In this document: one piece after another, positions 10,527 through 18,580 of the stretch | Layout: every line of letters starts with the position of its first letter | How positions within the stretch are numbered: the first letter of the stretch is position 1 | Source of the DNA: Thermodesulfobacteriota bacterium | GTDB taxonomy: Bacteria; Desulfobacterota; Desulfobulbia; Desulfobulbales; SURF-16 | DNA: 64,000 bases | Direction: 5' to 3' | NCBI GenBank assembly: GCA_040755455.1 | Contig: JBFMAY010000014.1 | Coordinates: 1-64,000 of the forward strand | Notes under the pieces: generated by a model | Databases searched by the model: none | Told to the model about the DNA's origin: nothing | What the model saw: the letters and a program-made list of their open reading frames with translations, nothing else | Translations under genes and position numbers: made by a program

Positions 10527-12356
10527 TTATTTTGTTGATCCCTTGACGCCGGCGATGGTCACCGGGGTCTTGTCCGCCTCCTGGTAGTAATTGACGAAAC
10601 GGCCCACCCTGGGCAGGGCGGCGTCCTGGTCCAGGTCCTGCATGAAGGCATGGGAAACCGTCGTGTAGAGCAGCTCGGCCGTGATGGTGAAGGGGCCGCT
10701 GTGGGTGCCGACCGGCACCTGGTAGGTCACCAGGTCCGCGCCGCCGGTGAAATTCCCGTCGGTTTCCGCCGCTCCTCTCACGGCAATATCGGCTGCCGCG
10801 GTGTTTTTGTCAAATCCTTTCGGCAGCAGGCGGTTGTCCTTGATATAGCCCGCGCCGCGCAGCAGGGTATAGGTGACCGCCCCATCGGTGTTCCGCATCA
10901 CCGATTCATAGATCTGCACCTGGTCCTGCTGGCTGATCACATCGTAATGGGGTTCAAAGAGATTTTTCTCGTCGCCGTCATCGCCGGTGATGGTGCCGTC
11001 GGCCTGGCTCCGGCCTGATTCGAAAATGACCGCGCCTGCGCCGTCCTGCACCGTGACATGCAGCCAGGCCCGTCTGGAGGGAAAGCCGGTGGGGAACTTA
11101 TGGCCGGCCAGGTTTTCCACGCCGACCGTGGCGCTCAGGACACCGTTGCTGACCGTGCCGCCATGCAGGGCAAGGGTCGCGCTTTTCTGCTGCAGCAGAT
11201 CGGCGGCGCGTTTTTTGGTGTCCTCAATCTTCGCCGTCGAGGCCGTGATGCCCAGGGGGACAAGATTGTCCTGCATGATGTTCAGCAGCAGGATATTGCC
11301 GCCGACGAAATGGTGCTGGGAAAAATGGTCCTTTTCCGTGGAATCCTTGTGGGCCGGCATGGCGATCAGCACCCCGCCGGCCGGGGAGTGGGGCATGTGG
11401 CATTCCTGGCAGAGCCGCACCGTGCCCACCTGCTCCGAGATATCATGCCGGGTGCCCAGGGGTTCGCCGTAGGCGCTGTGCTGCCATTCCAGGTAGGGGG
11501 TCTGCTCGGGGAATTCGCCGGCAATGTTGCCCGCCGCGTCCAGATACGGGGTATAGAGGGTATGGCAGGTGGCGCACAGGGCCGAGTCGTTGCTGTGGGC
11601 GCTGTACAGCGGGGTGAAGCCGATGCTGGTCTGCATGGGCTCGGCCACCGTTTCCTTGTATGGCCCGAAGATGGGCCGCTGCGGGGCCGGGGCTTGCAGG
11701 TCGATGCTGAATTTGCCGCTGAAATTCTCCTTGGTCCCCAGGCCCTTATCCTCGATCTGGTGGCAGAGGCTGCAGGACACGCCGTCCAGGGCGGCCTCGG
11801 ACAGCGGCGTGGCCGGGTCGGCAAAGGTGTCGAAAGGGGTGGTGCCGGGCTTGGCGCCGTAAGTCTGCTGGTCGGCGTTCTGCTGGGTCCAGGCCATGGG
11901 CATGTGACAGGTGACGCATTTTTCTTCAATGATCTGCTTGATGGCCGGATTGCGGCTGGTTTCCGAGACGAGTTTGGCCTGCCAGAACGGGTCCTTGGCG
12001 GCATTGGCCATCATGGTGGAGCGCCAGTGGTTGCTGATGGACATGTCCCGGCCCTCCCGGTCGGCGAGGTTGCCGTGGCAGAGGGAGCAGCGGCCCGAGC
12101 CGATGAAGTTTTTGGCGGTGAAGATGGTCAGGGGCGAGCCGAGGCCGGCCTGCTTCCTGCTGTTTTCCGGCACGGCAAGCGCGACATCCCGGCTCATCTG
12201 CACTATCTTCTGCGGGCCTTTGAACAGAGCGGGCATCGTCCCGTCTTCACCCTGCGAGGTCGGGGCGCACCCGTTCAGCAATGAAAAAGATAAAAAAGTG
12301 GCGGCTGGAAACAGCAACAGCCGCTTCGCTGACAGTCTTCCTTTTCCGGTGTTCAT
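10527..12356 (-). CDS. Pentaheme c-type cytochrome lipoprotein
   Basis: Five CxxCH motifs (CSLCH, CVTCH, CSLCH, CATCH, CQECH); lipobox LNGC; GHKFPTG motif; start moved to ATG 12356 by RBS. Confidence 0.85.
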   Translation of the reverse strand: MNTGKGRLSAKRLLLFPAATFLSFSLLNGCAPTSQGEDGTMPALFKGPQKIVQMSRDVALAVPENSRKQAGLGSPLTIFTAKNFIGSGRCSLCHGNLADREGRDMSISNHWRSTMMANAAKDPFWQAKLVSETSRNPAIKQIIEEKCVTCHMPMAWTQQNADQQTYGAKPGTTPFDTFADPATPLSEAALDGVSCSLCHQIEDKGLGTKENFSGKFSIDLQAPAPQRPIFGPYKETVAEPMQTSIGFTPLYSAHSNDSALCATCHTLYTPYLDAAGNIAGEFPEQTPYLEWQHSAYGEPLGTRHDISEQVGTVRLCQECHMPHSPAGGVLIAMPAHKDSTEKDHFSQHHFVGGNILLLNIMQDNLVPLGITASTAKIEDTKKRAADLLQQKSATLALHGGTVSNGVLSATVGVENLAGHKFPTGFPSRRAWLHVTVQDGAGAVIFESGRSQADGTITGDDGDEKNLFEPHYDVISQQDQVQIYESVMRNTDGAVTYTLLRGAGYIKDNRLLPKGFDKNTAAADIAVRGAAETDGNFTGGADLVTYQVPVGTHSGPFTITAELLYTTVSHAFMQDLDQDAALPRVGRFVNYYQEADKTPVTIAGVKGSTK

Positions 12357-12510
12357 AATTTTCCCCCTGTTTTTCATTTGTTGGTGGCGATCATGAATAG
12401 TGATGGCGCAGTGCGCGTAACTGCCCTGAAGTAGTGATTGCAGCGCGGATAATTTCCAATGTTTCAAGTGTCATCTTGACAAGCCGTTAAACAATATCTA
12501 ATAAACGGTT

Positions 12511-13140
12511 ATGGCAAATATTGCAAACATACTGAGCGTTTCCAGGCTGTTTATCTCGCCGCTGCTGCTGTATCTCGCCTGGTCGGCCCGGCACGACCTC
12601 TTTCTTCTTTTTGCCGTCCTGGCCCTGGTCACCGATTTTCTCGACGGTTATTTCGCCAGAAAATACCAGCAGGTGACGGAGCTGGGGGCCAGACTTGACA
12701 GCCTGGGGGATCTGGCCATCTACCTGATCGTGCCCCTGTCCGTCTGGTGGCTGTGGCCCCAGGTTATCATCAGGGAGGCCCTGTATGCGGGCACGGCCCT
12801 GGTCAGTTTCATCATCCCGGTGGTGGTCGGCTATGCCAGATTCAGGCGGCTGACCAGCTATCATACCCGGGGGGCCAAGCTTTCGGCGGTGCTGTTGAGC
12901 AGCTCTATTCTGCTGATGCTGCTGGACGGCCCGGCCTGGCCCTTTCACCTTGCCACGGTGATCTTTGTCCTGGCCGAGGTGGAGGAGGTCTGCATCACCG
13001 CCCTGCTGCCCCGCTGGCAGGCCGATGTTCCGTCGGTTTTTCACGTGCTGCGGCTGCGTCGGGCCGGGGAAGAAGGCAGAAGGCAAGAGGCGGAAGGCAA
13101 AAGGCGGAAGCGAGGAGGCGGGAGCGGGGGGGCGGAATAA
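12511..13140 (+). CDS. CDP-alcohol phosphatidyltransferase family protein
   Basis: DFLDGYFAR...GARLDSLGD signature; hydrophobic. Confidence 0.9.
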   Translation: MANIANILSVSRLFISPLLLYLAWSARHDLFLLFAVLALVTDFLDGYFARKYQQVTELGARLDSLGDLAIYLIVPLSVWWLWPQVIIREALYAGTALVSFIIPVVVGYARFRRLTSYHTRGAKLSAVLLSSSILLMLLDGPAWPFHLATVIFVLAEVEEVCITALLPRWQADVPSVFHVLRLRRAGEEGRRQEAEGKRRKRGGGSGGAE

Positions 13141-13197
13141 CGGATTGCGCCGTCTTGTTTTTTCATTAGCGGACGCATAAGAGAAAAGGGGAAGATT

Positions 13198-13632
13198 ATG
13201 ACACTGCGGATCATGCTGTTGATGCTGGCGTGGTTATTTGCGGCCGCGGCGGTTGCCGGGGCCAGGGAAGTGCGGCTGCAGGCCGGGGAAACCTACCAGG
13301 AGGACGATCTCACCGTTACCTGCCAGCCGGCGGGGGGAGCACGGCAGGCAACGGCCCCGATGTCGCTGCGGGAATGTCAGCACTGGGATGACTTTAAGAA
13401 GAAGTGTCTTTTTGAAAAAAACATCCTGACCTACGGCAACCTGGAATGCGTGGAGGAGTGCCAGCACTGGGATGCCTTCCACAAGACCTGTAATTATCAG
13501 ACCAGGTGCACCTTTTACCCGGCCCATGAGTCCTTTGTCCGCACCACCTGCGACGATTTTGACGACTTCAAGGGTAAATGCCTGCGCACCCGTGAGGAGA
13601 AAATCGGCCCCTCCGGCCGGGGCCGCCGCTGA
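13198..13632 (+). CDS. Secreted cysteine-rich hypothetical protein with three internal repeats
   Basis: Signal peptide; CQHWDDFKKKC / CQHWDAFHKTC / CDDFDDFKGKC. Confidence 0.7.
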   Translation: MTLRIMLLMLAWLFAAAAVAGAREVRLQAGETYQEDDLTVTCQPAGGARQATAPMSLRECQHWDDFKKKCLFEKNILTYGNLECVEECQHWDAFHKTCNYQTRCTFYPAHESFVRTTCDDFDDFKGKCLRTREEKIGPSGRGRR

Positions 13633-13754
13633 TAGCCCCGCTATTTTTCAGTTGCCTTCACCCCTTTTCCCTGGGATTCCACCATAATAAGGCAAAGTCA
13701 TGTGCGATGGCCGGTAGCCGGCCATTTTTTTGCGCTTTTCCCGGCGGATGGGGT

Positions 13755-14162
13755 TTAGAGGGATTTATCGTTCCGGCGATCGATACCGGATCGTCTGTCG
13801 TTTTGGGTGGAAAGTTTGACATGCACCCCGGAGTTGACGCTCAGGCGCCGGTCCAGCCGGTTTTTCCGGCGGTTCCGCCGGCGGAGAGGAATTGCCGTCA
13901 ACAGCTCCTGGTTCTGTCTCCGGTCCAGGCGGGCCCTTTTCTCCTGGCGATGGGACAGGTTGATAATATAGTCTTCATTTGCCTGACGCCGGTCAGCGGT
14001 GCTTTTCCGGCGATCCAGCCGGATATTCCTGGCGATCCGCAGAGTTTCACGAATTGACTGCTGGATGGGCAGAGGATCATCCTCCATGTGCCGGTTCATG
14101 GTGGGGGGCTTGCCGATAAAAAAATCAATCACCGCGAAACTCTCCTTCCTTAAAGTGAACAT
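13755..14162 (-). CDS. Hypothetical Arg-rich protein with repeated DRR motifs
   Basis: Six DRR motifs; true start uncertain (possibly a downstream ATG). Confidence 0.55.
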   Translation of the reverse strand: MFTLRKESFAVIDFFIGKPPTMNRHMEDDPLPIQQSIRETLRIARNIRLDRRKSTADRRQANEDYIINLSHRQEKRARLDRRQNQELLTAIPLRRRNRRKNRLDRRLSVNSGVHVKLSTQNDRRSGIDRRNDKSL

Positions 14163-14430
14163 GACTTCCTGTCATGGCCAAAACATCCGCAACGTAATCT
14201 TCTACAAAATTTCCCATAAAGCAACTGATATATAAATAAAGACGAGATATCCGGCCGGGAAGTTCCACGGGCGGTCAGATTCCCTCGAAAGAAGGCCATG
14301 TTACCCGCTTTTTCTATTGCTTTCACACCTTTTCCTTGATAATGAATCGTTGTTCATCCGCGTCATGATAGAGGAGATTACGGCGGCTGCAGGCGGCGCG
14401 TAATGTTCTGTAATTATCCCCTGTCGGATG

Positions 14431-14564
14431 GTAGGAGCGGGCCATGCCCGCGATAATTCATGCAGCGGGAAGAAGATGCAGGCCGGTTTGGGACAACGGC
14501 CCGGTGACTATCCCTTCCGGATGCCATCTGGGCCTGACGGGTCGGGGGCATGGCCCCCTCCTAC
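14431..14564. repeat. REPIN (inverted GTAG-type REP pair), left boundary of the NLR-RAYT cassette
   Basis: GTAGGAGCGGGCCATGCCCGCGAT at 14431-14454 (+) and the reverse complement of GTAGGAGGGGGCCATGCCCCCGAC at 14541-14564. Confidence 0.9.
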
Positions 14565-14624
14565 GGGTGGAATGGAGGCATTCGCAGGGCGCGGATGAAC
14601 GCCCCAACAAGAGAGGAGACAACG

Positions 14625-17600
14625 ATGATTGATGTCGTCATGCTGGCCAAGGAGGTGACCACCCTGCTTGTTCCCCTCGTGCCGTACCTGGCGAAAGCCG
14701 GGGAGAAGGCGATGGAGACGGTGGCCCAGGAGATCGGCCGCGAGGGCTGGGACAAGGCCAAAAACTTGTGGCAGCGGCTCTGGCAGGGCAGGGAGGAGAA
14801 GGAGGCGGTGCGCGAGGCCGTGCAGGAGGTCATCAATCAACCCGGGGATGAAGACGCGGCGGCCGCCCTGCGGCTGCAGGTCAAAAAGGCACTCGCCGAG
14901 GATAACTCACTTGCCGGGGAGATCAAAGAGCTGCTGGAGGAGTTCCGCCGGGTGAGCCCCGGTTATTTTCAGGCCTGGCTGGCTGGCTCCGGCGCCATCG
15001 CCCAAGGGGCCGGGGCGCTGGCGGCCGGGCAGCGCGGCGTGGCCATTGGCGGCGATGCGGCAAGCGTCCAGACCGGTGACGGCAACATCGCAGCCGGAGG
15101 CCATGTTGTTTATGCCGGACAGGGGGCCACCGTGGTCATCGGCGAAGCCCCGGTGACGATGACCGCGGTTGACCGGGAATCGTGCCTTGGCCGCTATCTG
15201 CGCCACGTCATCAGTCAGAATCGTTATTTGCAGTTACAGGGAATCCGTTCCGGCGGGAAGCTGGTTCATATCGAACTCGACCGCATCTATATCCGCCTGC
15301 GGGCAACACGGGAACGGGTTGTGGAGGCGGAAGAAAAATGGCTGGCCAGGGAGGCGGAGCTGGCACCTGGTGAGATGGGACGGTCCCGCCAACCGACTCA
15401 GGCAACCACGGAAACCGTGACTGTCGTGGTGGAAGAGGCCTTGGCCGACTACCCGCGGCTGGTTGTGCTGGGTGATCCGGGGAGCGGCAAGACCACGCTG
15501 CTGCGCTATCTCGCCCTTCTCTATGCCAGGGACCTGGCCGAAGGCAGTACGCTGGTACGGGACAAGCTGGGACTGGCTGAAAGCGGGCGGCTTCCCATCC
15601 TCCTGCCGCTGAGGCAGATCGGCGCTTTCCTGGCCGCCCATCACCCTGCCGATGACGGGACCGAAGGGCATGCCGTCCTGCTCGATTTTCTCACCCGCTC
15701 CCTGCAAAGCGAACGTATTGAGCTGCCTGGTGACTTCTTCGACAAAAGGCTGGAGGAGGGGAAGGCCTTCATCCTGCTGGACGGACTTGACGAGGTGGCT
15801 GATCCGGATTTGCGCCGCCGGGTTTCCCGTCTGGCGGAAAGTTTCACCCGTGCCTACCCCAGCTGCCGTTACGTCGTCACCAGCAGGATCGTCGGCTATG
15901 GCGGGGCAGCCCGTCTGGCCGAAGACTATCGGATCACCACGGTCCGTGATTTCGCCATGGCCGATGTGGAACAGTTCCTGAAAAACTGGCACCGGCTGAT
16001 AGCCATCGGCCAGATGGGACCCTGCGAGAGCGCGGAAAGACACGCTGAGCGGCAGACCAGCCAGTTGCTGCAGGCCGTCAAGGCAAACGAGCGTATCCGT
16101 GAACTCGCCATCAACCCCCTTATGTTGACCGTCATCGCCATGGTGCATCGCGACCGGGTGAAGCTGCCGGACCGGCGGGCCGAGTTGTACGCCGAAGCGG
16201 TGGATGTGTTGCTCGGCAAGTGGGAGGAGGCCAAGGGGGTATTGGAGGTAGCCATTCTCCCAGGAGCGCCCTTTGACACTGGTGACAGGCGTTTGATGTT
16301 GCAGAGTCTGGCTCTGCACCTGCACGAGAACAAGCAAAAGGAAATCGATAGCGCCGATCTGCAGCAGTTCCTTGAGCGCAAGTTCTGCGAGAATTGCCCT
16401 GTTCTGGAGGATCAGCGCGAAGTGGAGCGGGCTGCCTCCCGGTTTGTGGCGGTAATTGAAGAAAGATGCGGTTTGTTGGTCGCCCGCGGCGAGGGGGTCT
16501 ATGCCTTTTCCCATCTCACCTTTCAGGAGTATCTGACGGCCCTGGCTGTTGGGTCCCGCGATGATTATGTCCTATATACCTCGAATCGAGCGGCTGATCC
16601 GTGGTGGCGCGAAGTGATTCTCCTGGAGGCCGGGTATCTGAGCATTCAGGGCAGGGAGCGCACGACCCGTTTGATCAGGGCCATTGCCGATCTTAAAGAG
16701 GAGCCTGTCCCCTATCACAATCTGGTGCTTGCCGCGGAGTGTCTGCGGGATGTGGGGAGCAGCCGGGTGCAGGGGGATCTGGAGGGCGAGATCCAGCGGC
16801 GGTTGCGACAAGAGCTCGAAACACCCCCGCCGTTTTTTTCACGATGGTTCAAGAAGTGGGGAGTCGGCATCTGGATTGAGCGCCGGGCGAGTGCGATGGA
16901 GGCCCTTGTTCGCGCCGGGGCCGGCTACTGGTCGCCGCCCTACGGGGAGCCGGAATGGGTGGATATCCCGGCCGGCGAGTTCTGGATGGGGAGTGATGCG
17001 GGAAGTGATAATGAGAAACCTCTGCATCAGCTCCAGCTTGCAGCCTTCCGCATCGCCCGCGCGCCCATCACCAACGCCCAGTATTATCTTTTTGTGCAGC
17101 ATAGCGGCCATGCGGTCCCGCCGGGTTGGGAAGACAACCGTCCTCCCAAGGGCCAGGAAAGCCATCCAGTCGTAAACGTGAGTTGGCACGATGCTATGGC
17201 CTACTGTCGATGGCTGAGCCAGGTGACCGGTAAGGACATCACCTTGCCCAGCGAGGCCGAGTGGGAGAAGGCGGCCCGCGGCGAGCGGGACCGCAGGGAG
17301 TATCCGTGGGGCGATACCTTCGATGCGACGAAATGCAATTGTTTTGTTTTGGGTTTAGGCAATACCACGCCGGTGGGCATCTTTCCGGCTGGGGCCAGCC
17401 CGTATGGCTGTCTGGACATGGCCGGCAATGTCTGGGAGTGGACCCGAAGTCTGTATAAGGCCTATCCGTATAATGCTGATGATGGAAGGGAGAAATTGAA
17501 TGCATCGAGTAGCGAGGGTCGGGTGCTGCGCGGCGGCTCGTTCATCAACCACGTTCAGCTCGTGCGCTGCGCCGACCGGGTCAGGATCTATCCGGTCTTC

Positions 17601-17657
17601 AGGAACAGGGACATCGGGTTTCGGGTTGTGGCGTCCCCATTTCCCTCTGGACTCTGA
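14625..17657 (+). CDS. NLR-like protein: Bell-like helical domain, Gly/Ala/Val amyloid-like linker, NACHT NTPase, FGE-sulfatase (CLec-fold) domain
   Basis: GAGGAG RBS before ATG 14625; Walker A GDPGSGKTT, Walker B LLDGLDE, NPLML, FSHLTFQEYL; FGE motifs GEFWMGS, LPSEAEWEKAARG, MAGNVWEW, RGGS...GFRV. Confidence 0.9.
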   Translation: MIDVVMLAKEVTTLLVPLVPYLAKAGEKAMETVAQEIGREGWDKAKNLWQRLWQGREEKEAVREAVQEVINQPGDEDAAAALRLQVKKALAEDNSLAGEIKELLEEFRRVSPGYFQAWLAGSGAIAQGAGALAAGQRGVAIGGDAASVQTGDGNIAAGGHVVYAGQGATVVIGEAPVTMTAVDRESCLGRYLRHVISQNRYLQLQGIRSGGKLVHIELDRIYIRLRATRERVVEAEEKWLAREAELAPGEMGRSRQPTQATTETVTVVVEEALADYPRLVVLGDPGSGKTTLLRYLALLYARDLAEGSTLVRDKLGLAESGRLPILLPLRQIGAFLAAHHPADDGTEGHAVLLDFLTRSLQSERIELPGDFFDKRLEEGKAFILLDGLDEVADPDLRRRVSRLAESFTRAYPSCRYVVTSRIVGYGGAARLAEDYRITTVRDFAMADVEQFLKNWHRLIAIGQMGPCESAERHAERQTSQLLQAVKANERIRELAINPLMLTVIAMVHRDRVKLPDRRAELYAEAVDVLLGKWEEAKGVLEVAILPGAPFDTGDRRLMLQSLALHLHENKQKEIDSADLQQFLERKFCENCPVLEDQREVERAASRFVAVIEERCGLLVARGEGVYAFSHLTFQEYLTALAVGSRDDYVLYTSNRAADPWWREVILLEAGYLSIQGRERTTRLIRAIADLKEEPVPYHNLVLAAECLRDVGSSRVQGDLEGEIQRRLRQELETPPPFFSRWFKKWGVGIWIERRASAMEALVRAGAGYWSPPYGEPEWVDIPAGEFWMGSDAGSDNEKPLHQLQLAAFRIARAPITNAQYYLFVQHSGHAVPPGWEDNRPPKGQESHPVVNVSWHDAMAYCRWLSQVTGKDITLPSEAEWEKAARGERDRREYPWGDTFDATKCNCFVLGLGNTTPVGIFPAGASPYGCLDMAGNVWEWTRSLYKAYPYNADDGREKLNASSSEGRVLRGGSFINHVQLVRCADRVRIYPVFRNRDIGFRVVASPFPSGL

Positions 17658-17716
17658 TCTCTCTGGTCTCTGTTGCTCTGGTTTTGCCGGCCGCCGCAGG
17701 CGGTGAAAATTTTTTT
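17520..17716 (+). other. Putative DGR variable region with downstream TCTGG repeats and GCA-loop hairpin
   Basis: NNC/NNT codons at the positions where DGR templates usually encode Asn; TCTG(G) repeats 17646-17681; CCGCC-GCA-GGCGG 17691-17703. Confidence 0.6.
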
Positions 17717-17762
17717 CCACCACCCCTTCGCCGGATGCGAGCCGGGTTTGATGAGTCGGAGG

Positions 17763-17834
17763 GTCGGGGGCATGGCCCCCTCCTACCCGCCCGATGGGAG
17801 TACTTCATCCGTAGGAGGGGGCCATGCCCCCGAC
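17763..17834. repeat. Pair of GTAG REPs upstream of rayt
   Basis: REP (-) 17763-17786 and REP (+) 17811-17834, both GTAGGAGGGGGCCATGCCCCCGAC. Confidence 0.9.
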
Positions 17835-17845
17835 ATCAGGACAAC

Positions 17846-18358
17846 ATGATGAGCCAGCATAGCAACAATCGCCATCCCAAGCATGGCGCAAACCAGCAGC
17901 CGGAAAAATCCGGCCATCGGGCCCTGCGCCGGGGCCGGGCATCGCTGGCCAACCATGTCTATCTGGTGACCAGCGCCACCATGGGGCGGCAATGTTTTTT
18001 CGTTGATTTCCACGCGGGCTGCGCGGCGGCCCGTTGTTTCGAGGCGAGCTCCCTGCTGGGCGATGCCCGCATGCTGGCCTGGGTGCTCATGCCGGATCAC
18101 GCCCATTGGCTCGTCCAACTGGGCGAACATGATCCCCTGAGTCAGGTGGTGAATCATCTCAAATCGGCCAGCGCACGGAGGGCCAATCGGATTTTACAGA
18201 GAAAGGGTCCCATCTGGGAGCCGGCATACCACGACCACGGTCTGCGGCGGGAAGAAGACCTGCGGAGCGTGGCCCGGTACATGGTCGCCAATCCGCTGCG
18301 GGCGGGATTGGTACAACGCATCGGAGATTATCCTTTCTGGAACGCGGTCTGGGTTTGA
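17846..18358 (+). mobile_element. rayT: REP-associated tyrosine transposase (RAYT, Y1 HUH family)
   Basis: YLVT, VLMPDHAHWL (HUH), W...YHDH.LR, RYMVANPLRAGLV, YPFW; flanked by REPs on both sides. Confidence 0.93.
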
Positions 18359-18369
18359 GGGGTCGAGGG

Positions 18370-18575
18370 GTCGGGGGCATGGCCCCCTCCTACGGTTGGG
18401 GTATGTTCGAATTTTCGGGGCGCGGCATTTTCTGCAATCATTCCCTATCTGTCGGTAGGAGCGGGCCATGCCCGCGATAGTTCATGAACAGGGGGCCGGA
18501 AAGAGCCCCATGCAGCGGGAAGAAGATTTACGGGCGGGTTTGGTGCGACGGGTCGGGGGCATGGCCCCCTCCTAC
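18370..18575. repeat. Three GTAG REPs downstream of rayt (single REP plus REPIN), right boundary next to the xseA stop
   Basis: REP (-) 18370-18393, REP (+) 18455-18478, REP (-) 18552-18575. Confidence 0.9.
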
Positions 18576-18580
18576 AAGAA

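Noticed and set aside
14550..14624. ORF-track N-terminal extensions of the NLR (from 14550) and RAYT (from 17684)
   Set aside because: They run through REP sequences; better starts lie at 14625 (with RBS) and 17846
17658..17845. DGR template repeat or reverse transcriptase next to the FGE domain
   Set aside because: No AAC-rich copy of the variable region and no RT motif found here or elsewhere in the window by eye
14431..18575. Repeated 24-mers as a CRISPR array
   Set aside because: Copies alternate in orientation, spacing is irregular, they begin with GTAG and flank a RAYT, and no cas genes are present; they are REPs
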